Assembly (NCBI RefSeq): GCF_965221235.1 | Contig: NZ_CBDCRS010000005.1 | Coordinates: 48,076 to 112,075 of the forward strand | Direction: 5' to 3' | Length of the DNA stretch: 64,000 nt | DNA from: Ruegeria sp. | GTDB taxonomy: Bacteria > Pseudomonadota > Alphaproteobacteria > Rhodobacterales > Rhodobacteraceae | In this document: positions 1 through 8,672 of the stretch, piece by piece | Position numbering within the stretch: the stretch's first letter is position 1 | Layout: each line of letters opens with the position of its first letter | The notes under the pieces: model-generated | What the model saw: the letters and a program-made list of their open reading frames with translations, nothing else | What the model was told of the DNA's origin: nothing | Databases searched by the model: none | Program-made: the position numbers and the translations under genes

Positions 1-134
1 CAGGCCCCCATGACGTATTTGACGCCTGCCTCTTCCAGCCGTTTCTTCACCTCGGGGATCTTCGGCCGGTTGCGTTCCACCGCGTCGTGAAAGCTCTCGT
101 AGTAGATTTTGCTGTTCGCGTTGTCCTTGGGCAT
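1..134 (-). CDS. 5' end of a glutamine-synthetase-family protein, runs off the window; not in ORF track
   Basis: Manual translation from ATG at 134: MPKDNANSKIYYESFHDAVERNRPKIPEVKKRLEEAGVKYVMGA; AGGAGG RBS 7 nt upstream; GVKYVM segment parallels GVKYFM at the N-terminus of the GS-family protein at 3508-4836. Only 44 codons visible. Confidence 0.6.
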   Translation of the reverse strand, partial: MPKDNANSKIYYESFHDAVERNRPKIPEVKKRLEEAGVKYVMGA

Positions 135-282
135 GAGGTGTCCTCCTGTCAGGGTGCCACCCGTCGTTTCATCGTGGCCGGGCAGTCTGGAATGTGGGCG
201 TTTGTTTGCCGTTAAGGGAAAGCAGGCACCCCGATTGTTGGGAGAGCATATAGGGTGCCTGCCTTCAGGTCGCAGCGGTGCA

Positions 283-687
283 TCAGCCCGCTACAAAATC
301 ATCCGGATCGATGCCGGGCACCTTGGTGATACCGGCCAGTTGCTTCCAGTTGTGGGGATAGGCGGCGTAGAAGATCACGCAGCGATCATCCGCCTCGTAT
401 GAGATGTGGTTGTCCTTGGGGATATAGAGAACATCGCCGCGGTCGCAGATGTAGGTTTCACCATCGCAGACCAGCCGAAAGGTGCCTTCCAGAACATAGA
501 TGATCTCGTCACAGGTCAGGTCCCACGGCACCTTGATGTTCTTCAGAACATTGATGCCGCCGCACATGGTCTTGGAAAACTCGCTGGTGACCATCGGTTT
601 GATGTAGGTGTCACTATCCTTGTCGCCGATCTGGTTGTAGCGATCATCGACAAGGTCCCATTTCATCAGTCTCGGTTTTTCGCCCAT
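283..687 (-). CDS. EutQ-like cupin (DUF861 type)
   Basis: 134 aa; WDLTCDEIIYVLEG...RGDVLYIPK cupin motifs; 3 bp downstream of gloA. Confidence 0.75.
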   Translation of the reverse strand: MGEKPRLMKWDLVDDRYNQIGDKDSDTYIKPMVTSEFSKTMCGGINVLKNIKVPWDLTCDEIIYVLEGTFRLVCDGETYICDRGDVLYIPKDNHISYEADDRCVIFYAAYPHNWKQLAGITKVPGIDPDDFVAG

Positions 688-690
688 GGA

Positions 691-1128
691 TCAGGACCCT
701 TCCTTGGCCAGATGTTTCAGAATGCTTTCGTTCAGCTCGACCTTGTAGCCGTCCGGGTCTTCGCAGAACGCGATCACGCGGGTGCCGTTCTTCATTGGCC
801 CCGGCGGGCGGGTGATGTTCACACCAGCGGCGGCCAGATCTTCGCAGGCTTTGTAGACATCGGGGGTCTCGATACAGATGTGCCCCCAGCCGTTGCCCTT
901 GTCATAGGGTTCTTCCTGATCCCAGTTCGCGGTCAGCTCCAGCGTCGGCGACTCCGCCTCGGGGCCGTAGCCGATGAAGGTGTTGGTGAATTTTCCTTCG
1001 GGATAATCCGTGCGGCGAAGGACCTGCATTCCCAGAATCCCGCAGTAGAATTCCAGCGATTTTTCCATGTCCGTCACGCGCATCATCGTATGGGCAAGGC
1101 GGAAGCCGCTGCTTAAGCTGTCCGTCAC
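691..1128 (-). CDS. gloA: Lactoylglutathione lyase (glyoxalase I)
   Basis: HTMMRV, LELTANW, YDKGNGWGHI, FCEDPDGYKVE match the Ni/Co glyoxalase I pattern. Confidence 0.85.
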   Translation of the reverse strand: MTDSLSSGFRLAHTMMRVTDMEKSLEFYCGILGMQVLRRTDYPEGKFTNTFIGYGPEAESPTLELTANWDQEEPYDKGNGWGHICIETPDVYKACEDLAAAGVNITRPPGPMKNGTRVIAFCEDPDGYKVELNESILKHLAKEGS

Positions 1129-1143
1129 ATCAGTCTCCTTAAC

Positions 1144-2253
1144 TCAGTGTGTTTCGGTCGCGGTCACATCCCGCGCCACCATTTCCTGAAACGCGCGCAC
1201 GCTGTCTTCCCACGCGGGGGACAGTACGCCGCCTGCCTCTGCGACGGTCGAGGCCCGTCCCAGTTGCAACCTTTCGGTCATTTCATGATCTTCTTTATGG
1301 ACGTCCCACCACAATTTCTTCAGGCCTTCGACCTCGTCCGCTGTCAGGTTCTGGCCTTCGGTGGTGTAAAGCGCGCGTTTCTGCATCATCGTGCCGGGGC
1401 CTGTGGGGATGTTCAGGTAAACTCCCAGCTGATCTGGGAAATACCGGCCCAGAATAAAGTTCGGGTACAGCGTCAGATACCGCGAGCTGACTGCCAGACT
1501 GCCGGATGTTCCGACCTCTTCGTCAAGATCGACCGCGCTGCCCAGACAGTTGCCGTCGATAATGGTATAGTGATCTTCAAGCGGCTGATCGGTGGTCGAG
1601 GAATGCACAAACTGCACATGATAGGGCTCGATGAAGTTCTCCATGATGAACTTCCAGTTGCAGGCCACCTCGCCGAAATCGAGCGTTCCGATACATTCCA
1701 ACTTGTCCCAATCCATACCATCAAGGCGGCCTTGAATCGTGGCTGAGTATTCGTCGAATTCTGGCGCTTGCCCGTCGAGGTTGACAAAAATCCAATCATT
1801 CCAGACATGGCTGCGCACCGGCACCAGACTGTTTTCCGCCTTGTCAAACCCGTCCGCCTTGTGATCGTTCGCGCCGCCGAAATGGGGTGCCGCCCGTAAC
1901 TGCCCGTCCAGATCATAGGCCCAGGCGTGATAGGGGCAGCGGATCAGCTTGCCCACATTCTTTGGTGCATCCACCAGAGTCAGGCAGCGATGGCGGCATA
2001 TATTGTGGAACGCTTTGATCTCACCTGCGGTATTGCGCACCAGCAGCAAGGGGTGTTCGGCCAGCGTGACCGGCACTGCATCTCCGGCGGCCTGCAGCTC
2101 ATGTGCAAATCCCACGCAAACCCAGTTGCGTGTAAAGACCGAGGCGCATTCGGCCCGCCAGAATTCAGCGTCTTTATAGGCCGCTGCCGGCAAGCCGCGT
2201 TTCAGGGTGGATTCTTCGTAGAAAGACTCAAGCAACGAATGGAGTGGCTTCAT
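1144..2253 (-). CDS. Rieske non-heme iron oxygenase alpha subunit (choline monooxygenase/CntA/GbcA-like group)
   Basis: Rieske motif CRH...CPYH; mononuclear Fe motif NWKFIMENFIEPYHVQFVH and EDHEM; 369 aa. Confidence 0.88.
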   Translation of the reverse strand: MKPLHSLLESFYEESTLKRGLPAAAYKDAEFWRAECASVFTRNWVCVGFAHELQAAGDAVPVTLAEHPLLLVRNTAGEIKAFHNICRHRCLTLVDAPKNVGKLIRCPYHAWAYDLDGQLRAAPHFGGANDHKADGFDKAENSLVPVRSHVWNDWIFVNLDGQAPEFDEYSATIQGRLDGMDWDKLECIGTLDFGEVACNWKFIMENFIEPYHVQFVHSSTTDQPLEDHYTIIDGNCLGSAVDLDEEVGTSGSLAVSSRYLTLYPNFILGRYFPDQLGVYLNIPTGPGTMMQKRALYTTEGQNLTADEVEGLKKLWWDVHKEDHEMTERLQLGRASTVAEAGGVLSPAWEDSVRAFQEMVARDVTATETH

Positions 2254-2555
2254 CGTTCAAGTTCCTGACTTAGGGTTTCAAGGTCGATGTCGCGACATGG
2301 TTCGGGTTTCCGTGACTCAGCGCTTGATCGTCAGTGAACTGCGAAAAACGCACCGTGTCTACATAAATTTACGAAATCAACACCAAAATGTTAAAGAATC
2401 TGCAATCAACTGATGCTGGTGCTGAGTTTACTTGATGGTTTCGCAGTCAGTGAGCGTCTCCTGAGGGCTGTCGTCTTCTCAGCAACCCGATTCAGTTCAT
2501 GTATCCGACCTCAGTACACCAGTCGGTTCGTATCTGGTGTTGGACCGCACGCAGA

Positions 2556-3413
2556 TCACCGGATGACTTTGCGCTGTGCATGGACCATCAGGCGGCTGGC
2601 CTTTTGGTCCATCTGGGCAAGTATCTCGTCGACCGATGGAACATCTCGGATCACGCCGATTCCTTCGCTGGCGGGACTCTCGGGCGATCCGTTGTGCAGT
2701 GTGCGTATAGCCGCGTGATCGGGCCAATCCGCATCCGCAGTCAATTTTGTGTCGTCGCCGGATGCGCGCAGGACATGGCGGGCGTGATGATCCGCGCCCA
2801 ACCCTTCGCGGCTGGCCCACAGCCGGGTACCCATGACGACACCGTCCGCGCCCATCACCAGACTGGCGGCCAGCCCGCGAGAGTCGGTGATACCCCCCGC
2901 AGCCAGCAGCAGTGTATCGTGGGCTTCGCGGTGCAGAAAATCAGCCACTTCCGGCAGCAACGTAAATGTTGAGCGCGCGCCAGAGTGTCCCGCCGCCGCA
3001 TTACCCTGCGCAACGATCACGTCAGCACCCGCTTCGACGGCAAGGGCCGCGCCGTGCAGGTCCTGTACCTGACAGATCAGCCGGGTTTTGGCCTGTGCGA
3101 TGCGCGGCGCAAAGGGGCGGGGATCGCCATGGGTCAAAAAGATCGCGCGCGGACGCCGGGCCAACACACGGTCCAGCAGTTCTGGTGTCTGTGCCAAGCG
3201 CCAGGTGACAAAGCCGCAGCCGACCGCCTCGCGCCCGGCTTCACGAAACTGTGTCTCGATCCAGTTCGCGTCGCAGCCCCCACCGCCAATTATGCCGAGC
3301 CCTCCGGCCTGTGCCACTGCTGAGGCGAGGCGGCCATCGGCCAGCCCCGGCATCGGGCTCAGGACCACGGGGCAAGTCAATCCGAACAGGCGGGTTAGTC
3401 GGGTGTCAATCAC
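2556..3413 (-). CDS. Nitronate monooxygenase family flavoprotein
   Basis: LAAAV-type SAVAQAGGLG, VAQG..AGH, LAAGGI.D.RG, GVVMGTR; 285 aa, C-terminal part looks short. Confidence 0.8.
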   Translation of the reverse strand: MIDTRLTRLFGLTCPVVLSPMPGLADGRLASAVAQAGGLGIIGGGGCDANWIETQFREAGREAVGCGFVTWRLAQTPELLDRVLARRPRAIFLTHGDPRPFAPRIAQAKTRLICQVQDLHGAALAVEAGADVIVAQGNAAAGHSGARSTFTLLPEVADFLHREAHDTLLLAAGGITDSRGLAASLVMGADGVVMGTRLWASREGLGADHHARHVLRASGDDTKLTADADWPDHAAIRTLHNGSPESPASEGIGVIRDVPSVDEILAQMDQKASRLMVHAQRKVIR

Positions 3414-3450
3414 GTATCACCTCAGGCCAGTTGCTGTATTGAAACATGGG

Positions 3451-3477
3451 CGCCCGGGCGCGACGAACGCCCGGGCG
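3451..3477. repeat. GC-rich hairpin between gmaS and the nitronate monooxygenase gene
   Basis: CGCCCGGGCG-cgacgaa-CGCCCGGGCG; each arm is self-palindromic; no clear U tract. Confidence 0.4.
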
Positions 3478-3507
3478 ACACGAAAGGTTGGAACACGACA
3501 GTCGGGA

Positions 3508-4836
3508 TCAGATATCCAGCGTGTGCTGTTGCTCCCACCGCGAGAAATGGCTGACGAACGAGTTCCATTCCTGATGTTTCAGCTTCAGATAGGCGGCCGA
3601 GAACTCTGCGCCCATTGCCGCTTTCAATTCCGTGTCCCTGTCGTATTCGCGCAGCGCGTCCAGCATGTTGAGCGGCAGTTTCGGTGCATCTTTGACAGTG
3701 TGGCCATCGGCGTACATGTCAATGTCATGGCGTTGTCCCGGATCAGCCTTGGAACGGATGCCCGACAGGCCCGCCGCGATAATCACAGCTTGCAGCAGGT
3801 ACGGGTTGGCCGCGCCATCCGGCAGACGCAGCTCGAACCGGCCGGGGCCGGGGACCCGCACCATATGGGTACGGTTGTTGCCGGTCCATGTCACCGTGTT
3901 CGGAGCCCATGTCGCGCCCGACATGGTGCGCGGCGCGTTGATGCGTTTGTAGGAGTTCACCGTCGGGTTGGTGATTGCGGCCAGCGCGCTGGCGTGTTTC
4001 ATGATCCCGCCCAAGAAGTGCTTACCCTGTTCGGCCAGGCCCAATTCGCCGGTTGGGCCGTCGCCTTCGCCCGCAAAGACGTTGGTTTTTGCATCCGCCC
4101 CCGGCGCATCCCAAACCGAGATATGGGCATGGCATCCATTGCCCGTCAGCCCTTCGACCGGTTTGGGCATGAAGGTGGCGCGGAAGCCGTGCTTTTCGGC
4201 CACCGATTTGGTCATAAATTTGAAGAAGGAATGCTTGTCGGCGGTGCGGAGGGCATCGTCGAACTCCCAGTTCATCTCGAACTGGCCGTTGGCATCCTCG
4301 TGGTCGTTCTGGTACGGACCCCAGCCCAGTTCCAGCATGTAATCGCAAATCTCGCGCACCACATCATAGCGGCGCATCACCGCCTGCTGGTCGTAACACG
4401 GCTTTTCGGCGGTATCGAACGGGTCGCTGATCTGCTCGCCATCCGGGGTCAGAAGGAAGAACTCGGCCTCGATGCCGGTTTTCACATGCATGCCTTCGGC
4501 GGCGGCCTCGTCAATCAGGCGACGCAGCACGTTGCGCGGGGCCTGGGCGACATCCTCGCCCTCCATCACGCAATTGCCCGCAACCCAGGCGACCTCGGGC
4601 TTCCATGGCAGTTGGATTACCGAAGACGGGTCCGGCACGGCCAGCATGTCCGGGTGCGCGGGCGTCATATCGAGATAGGTGGCAAAACCCGCGAAACCCG
4701 CGCCGTCCTCCTGCATGTCGGCAATCGCTTGCGCGGGGACCAGTTTGGCCCGTTGTCCACCGAACAGGTCGGTGAACGAAATCATGAAGTATTTGACGCC
4801 TTTTTCTTTGGCGAAAGCTGCCAGATCTGTCGTCAT
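3508..4836 (-). CDS. gmaS: Type III glutamine synthetase family, gamma-glutamylmethylamide synthetase
   Basis: GAGFAGFA, EAEFFLL, DHEDANGQFEMN, TFMPKP, GNGCHAH, NRTHMVR, ELRLPDG; directly downstream of mgsABC. Confidence 0.85.
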   Translation of the reverse strand: MTTDLAAFAKEKGVKYFMISFTDLFGGQRAKLVPAQAIADMQEDGAGFAGFATYLDMTPAHPDMLAVPDPSSVIQLPWKPEVAWVAGNCVMEGEDVAQAPRNVLRRLIDEAAAEGMHVKTGIEAEFFLLTPDGEQISDPFDTAEKPCYDQQAVMRRYDVVREICDYMLELGWGPYQNDHEDANGQFEMNWEFDDALRTADKHSFFKFMTKSVAEKHGFRATFMPKPVEGLTGNGCHAHISVWDAPGADAKTNVFAGEGDGPTGELGLAEQGKHFLGGIMKHASALAAITNPTVNSYKRINAPRTMSGATWAPNTVTWTGNNRTHMVRVPGPGRFELRLPDGAANPYLLQAVIIAAGLSGIRSKADPGQRHDIDMYADGHTVKDAPKLPLNMLDALREYDRDTELKAAMGAEFSAAYLKLKHQEWNSFVSHFSRWEQQHTLDI

Positions 4837-4865
4837 GGTCGGCTTTCCTTTCCCTGTTGGTTCAA

Positions 4866-4901
4866 AAGAAGAAAAGCGCCGCCCTTTCGGGGCCGCGCCT
4901 T
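4866..4901 (-). terminator. Possible intrinsic terminator between mgsC and gmaS
   Basis: Minus strand GGCGCGGCCCC-GAAA-GGGCGGCGC followed by TTTTCTTCTTTT; imperfect stem. Confidence 0.4.
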
Positions 4902-4916
4902 GGTGTCATGTGTCGA

Positions 4917-6263
4917 TCAGAACCCGGCTTTGCCCGGATACCAGTCGGTGCCTGCCAGCGGCACTTTGGCCATTGCGGCGGCCTCCATGGTCAGGGCGCA
5001 GAGGTCCTCGGGTTCCAGATTGTGCAGGTGGTTGTGGCCACAAGCGCGCGCGATGGTCTGCGCCTCAAGCGTCATCACCTTCAGGTAGTTGCGCAACCGG
5101 CGGCCCGCTTCGATCGGGTCAAGGCGTGCGGCCAGTTCCGGGTCCTGCGTGGTGATGCCTGCCGGGTCCTGACCTTCGTGCCAGTCGTCATAGGCCCCGG
5201 TGGTGGTGCCCAGCTTCTGATACTCGGATTCCCATTTGGGGTCGTTGTCACCCAAAGCGATCAGAGCCGCCGTGCCAATGGCCACCGCATCCGCGCCCAG
5301 GGCCATTGCCTTGGCTACATCAGCCCCGGTGCGGATACCGCCCGAGATCACCAGTTGCACTTCGCGATGCACGCCCAGATCCTGCAGGGCCTGAACGGCG
5401 GGGCGAATGCACGCGAGTGTCGGAATGCCGACATGTTCGATGAACACGTCCTGCGTCGCGGCGGTGCCGCCCTGCATCCCGTCCATCACCACAACATCGG
5501 CCCCGGCTTTCACTGCAAGCGCGGTGTCATAGTAAGGCCGGGTTGCGCCAACTTTGACGTAGATCGGCACCTGCCAGTCGGTGATCTCGCGCAATTCGAG
5601 GATTTTGATCTCCAGATCATCCGGCCCGGTCCAGTCCGGGTGGCGACAAGCCGAGCGCTGGTCGATGCCCTTGGGCAGTGTGCGCATCTCGGCCACGCGG
5701 TCGCTGATCTTTTGACCCAGCAGCATGCCGCCGCCACCGGGCTTCGCGCCTTGCCCTACCACAATCTCAATCGCGTCGGCCTTGCGAAGATCGTTAGGGT
5801 TCATGCCATAGCGAGACGGCAGGTACTGATAGACCAGCTTCGACGAATGGCCGCGTTCTTCGGGCGTCATACCGCCGTCACCGGTGGTGGTGGAGGTGCC
5901 CGCCGCCGATGCGCCACGGCCCAGAGCCTCTTTCGCCGGACCGGACAGAGCGCCAAAGCTCATGCCCGCGATGGTCACCGGAATGTCCAACTCGATAGGC
6001 TTCTTGGCAAAACGCGTACCCAGCGTCACCGAGGTATCGCAGCGCTCACGGTACCCTTCCAGCGGATAGCGCGAGACCGAGGCGCCCAGAAACAGCAGGT
6101 CGTCGAAATGCGGCACCTTGCGTTTGGCACCGCCACCGCGAATGTCATAGATGCCGGTCGCCGCAGCGCGCCGAATTTCGGCGTTGATCGGGTTTGTAAA
6201 CGTCGCCGACTGAATCGGCATGGTGCGGGGGATGGTCTGATCCATATCTTTCATACCCTTCAT
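4917..6263 (-). CDS. mgsC: FMN-binding glutamate synthase family, N-methylglutamate synthase subunit C (GlxD)
   Basis: GMSFGALS, QGAKPGGGGMLLG, DGMQGGTAA, GGIRTGADVAKAMALGA. Confidence 0.88.
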   Translation of the reverse strand: MKGMKDMDQTIPRTMPIQSATFTNPINAEIRRAAATGIYDIRGGGAKRKVPHFDDLLFLGASVSRYPLEGYRERCDTSVTLGTRFAKKPIELDIPVTIAGMSFGALSGPAKEALGRGASAAGTSTTTGDGGMTPEERGHSSKLVYQYLPSRYGMNPNDLRKADAIEIVVGQGAKPGGGGMLLGQKISDRVAEMRTLPKGIDQRSACRHPDWTGPDDLEIKILELREITDWQVPIYVKVGATRPYYDTALAVKAGADVVVMDGMQGGTAATQDVFIEHVGIPTLACIRPAVQALQDLGVHREVQLVISGGIRTGADVAKAMALGADAVAIGTAALIALGDNDPKWESEYQKLGTTTGAYDDWHEGQDPAGITTQDPELAARLDPIEAGRRLRNYLKVMTLEAQTIARACGHNHLHNLEPEDLCALTMEAAAMAKVPLAGTDWYPGKAGF

Positions 6264-6265
6264 CC

Positions 6266-6949
6266 TCAGTAAGCGGCTGCGTTGTCGACGTCGAAATTGT
6301 AAAGCTGACGGGCCGAGCCGTAGCGCTTGAACTCTTCCGGCTTGGCGTCCGAGCCCGCGCGTTCCAGCAGGTCGGTCAGAATTTCGATATGCTCAGGCCG
6401 CATCTCTTTCTCGATGCAATCCGCGCCCAGGCTTTTAACCGAGCCGCGCACAAACAGCCGCGCCTCATAAAGCGAGTCGCCAAGCGCATCACCCGCATCG
6501 CCGCAAACAACCAGATTGCCCGCCTGCGCCATGAACGCCGACATGTGGCCGATATTGCCATGCACGACAATGTCGATGCCCTTCATCGAAATCCCGCAGC
6601 GCGAGCTGGCATTTCCCTTAATCACCAGCAACCCACCATGGCCGGTCGCACCGGCATATTGGCTGGCATCGCCGTCGACGACCACGGTACCCGACATCAT
6701 GTTCTCGGCCACGCCCGGACCCACCGAGCCTTCGACCTTGATGGTCGCCTGCTGGTTCATCCCCGCGCAGTAATAGCCGGTCGAACCTTTGACGGTGACC
6801 TCAATCGGTGCGTCCAGACCCACGGCGATGGCATGGCTGCCCTTGGGGTTCTGAACTTCCCAATTGGTCTGGTTGGTCTCGGCACTTTGCGCCTGCAGGG
6901 TCGAGTTCAAACCGCGCAGGCCGTTTTCTGCAACATCATACGTCTGCAT
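6266..6949 (-). CDS. mgsB: GXGXG/GltB-FmdC C-terminal-like protein, N-methylglutamate synthase subunit B (GlxC)
   Basis: Repeated GxxGxxxA motifs; start moved to MQTYD (6949), 1 bp after the mgsA stop. Confidence 0.85.
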   Translation of the reverse strand: MQTYDVAENGLRGLNSTLQAQSAETNQTNWEVQNPKGSHAIAVGLDAPIEVTVKGSTGYYCAGMNQQATIKVEGSVGPGVAENMMSGTVVVDGDASQYAGATGHGGLLVIKGNASSRCGISMKGIDIVVHGNIGHMSAFMAQAGNLVVCGDAGDALGDSLYEARLFVRGSVKSLGADCIEKEMRPEHIEILTDLLERAGSDAKPEEFKRYGSARQLYNFDVDNAAAY

Positions 6950-6950
6950 C

Positions 6951-7847
6951 TTAATGGCTCCAGAAATAAACGGTCGAGGGTTCGGGTTCCCAGACCTTGG
7001 CATCTTCGATGCCCGGAAGGTTCACCAGCGCACGGTATTCGCTGCCGAACGCTACGTATTGATCGGTCTCGGCCATCACTGCCGGTTTGCAGGCGATCGG
7101 GTCGCGGACCACGCCGAACCCATCCTTGGTGCCGACCACGAACGTAAAGAACCCGTCCAGATCCTCCAGGCTGCTTTCCAGTGCCTCGCCCAGCGTGGCT
7201 CCGTTTTGCATCTTCCAGGTCAGGTAAGCCGCGCCTACTTCGGTGTCGTTCATCGATTCAACCCGCACACCTTCGCGCTTAAGCTTGCGGCGTAGCGAGT
7301 TGTGGTTCGATAGCGACCCGTTATGAACCAGACACTGGTCCGAACCGGTGTTGAACGGGTGTGCGCCCTCAGTCGTCACCGCGGATTCCGTTGCCATTCG
7401 TGTATGACCGATCCCGTGGCTGCCGCCCATGGTCGACAGCTTGAAGCGATCTGCCACGTCTTTGGGCAGGCCAACCTCTTTGTATATCTCAATCGTCTCG
7501 CCGTCCGACATCACGCGCAATTCGGGGCGCAACTCTCGCACGGCTTGACGTGCCTGGTCGACTTTCGAGGCGTCCAGTTCCAGCACGGCGTGCGTATCGT
7601 TTGACCGCAAGGAAACCTCAGTTCCTATCGCTGCCCCTAGATCAGCCGCCAGTGTCGCAAAGTCCTGATCCGGAGAATCCGACTGCACCGTTAGCTTGGC
7701 GGCACCATCCGACTCTGCGCCGTAAATTGCGATACCTGCGCTGTCCGGGCCGCGGTCGGTCATTGTGACCAGCATGTCCGTCAGCATTGAGCCTAATTCA
7801 GGCTCCAAAGTCTTGTCCTTAAGAAACAGACCGACAATTCCACACAT
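6951..7847 (-). CDS. mgsA: Class II (Ntn) glutamine amidotransferase, N-methylglutamate synthase subunit A (GlxB)
   Basis: MCGIVG start, RGPDSAG, GHTRMAT, HNGSLSN, NDTE. Confidence 0.88.
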   Translation of the reverse strand: MCGIVGLFLKDKTLEPELGSMLTDMLVTMTDRGPDSAGIAIYGAESDGAAKLTVQSDSPDQDFATLAADLGAAIGTEVSLRSNDTHAVLELDASKVDQARQAVRELRPELRVMSDGETIEIYKEVGLPKDVADRFKLSTMGGSHGIGHTRMATESAVTTEGAHPFNTGSDQCLVHNGSLSNHNSLRRKLKREGVRVESMNDTEVGAAYLTWKMQNGATLGEALESSLEDLDGFFTFVVGTKDGFGVVRDPIACKPAVMAETDQYVAFGSEYRALVNLPGIEDAKVWEPEPSTVYFWSH

Positions 7848-8021
7848 CAGCTTTTGCCCTCTGAAATTTCGTCATCGGGACGCTAGCAGCCCTAATTCGG
7901 AAAAACAACAAAAAGAAAAAAATATTCCTAGAGGGAAACACGCTTCACAACAATCAGACGCAATTCGAATGCCCGTCAGGCGTGTTTGCCTGCGGGCTGA
8001 AAGAAATCAGAGGGTTAGACG

Positions 8022-8672
8022 CTAGTTGCTTTGCGGATACGAGATCACAGACAGGTAGCGCGCAGGAAGTTTCACCAGGTCTTCTGGGCCGTGGGGCGCG
8101 TCTGCATCAAAGAAAAGTGTATCCCCGGGTTCAAGCGAATAGACCGAGTCGCCGTGGCGGTATTCGACTTTACCCTCAAGCATGTACAGCATTTCTATCC
8201 CGCCATGCTGAAAGGTGGGAAACCGGTCGGATTCTTCGGTCAGAGTGATCAGGTAAGGTTCGACCACCACGCCGCTGGCATTTGCCCCCAGATGGCCCAG
8301 AAGGTTGTACTGATGCCCGGCGCGCGTTCCGGCGCGTTCCGTTTCAACCCCTTTACCCGCTTTGGTATGCACCGCGTTCCGGGTTTCCTCATAACCCCGA
8401 AAGAACGAGGTAATGGGCGCGCTTAAGGCGTTGGCCAGCAGTTGCAGCGTAGTCAATGACGCCGAGGTCGCGCCGTTTTCGATCTTGGACAACATGCTGA
8501 TCGAAAGGCCGGTTGACGCCGACAATTCCGCAATCGTAACAGATTGCTGAAGGCGCAGGGCTTTGATTTCGCGACCAATAGCGACCTCAAGGTTCTTCTC
8601 GCCGATGTCCCGAACCTTGTGAGGATCCTGCGACAGGGCTGTTGGCTTTTTGTTTTTCGTTGTCCGCGCCAT
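8022..8672 (-). CDS. XRE-family HTH plus cupin transcriptional regulator
   Basis: HTH ELSASTGLSISMLSKIENG; cupin HGGIEMLYMLEG...FFDADAPHG; likely start MARTTK at 8672. Confidence 0.85.
   Translation of the reverse strand: MARTTKNKKPTALSQDPHKVRDIGEKNLEVAIGREIKALRLQQSVTIAELSASTGLSISMLSKIENGATSASLTTLQLLANALSAPITSFFRGYEETRNAVHTKAGKGVETERAGTRAGHQYNLLGHLGANASGVVVEPYLITLTEESDRFPTFQHGGIEMLYMLEGKVEYRHGDSVYSLEPGDTLFFDADAPHGPEDLVKLPARYLSVISYPQSN

Noticed and set aside
3088-5088. 666-aa plus-strand ORF, and 4857-6272 (471 aa)
   Set aside because: Antisense shadows of gmaS and mgsC in GC-rich DNA; no recognisable motifs
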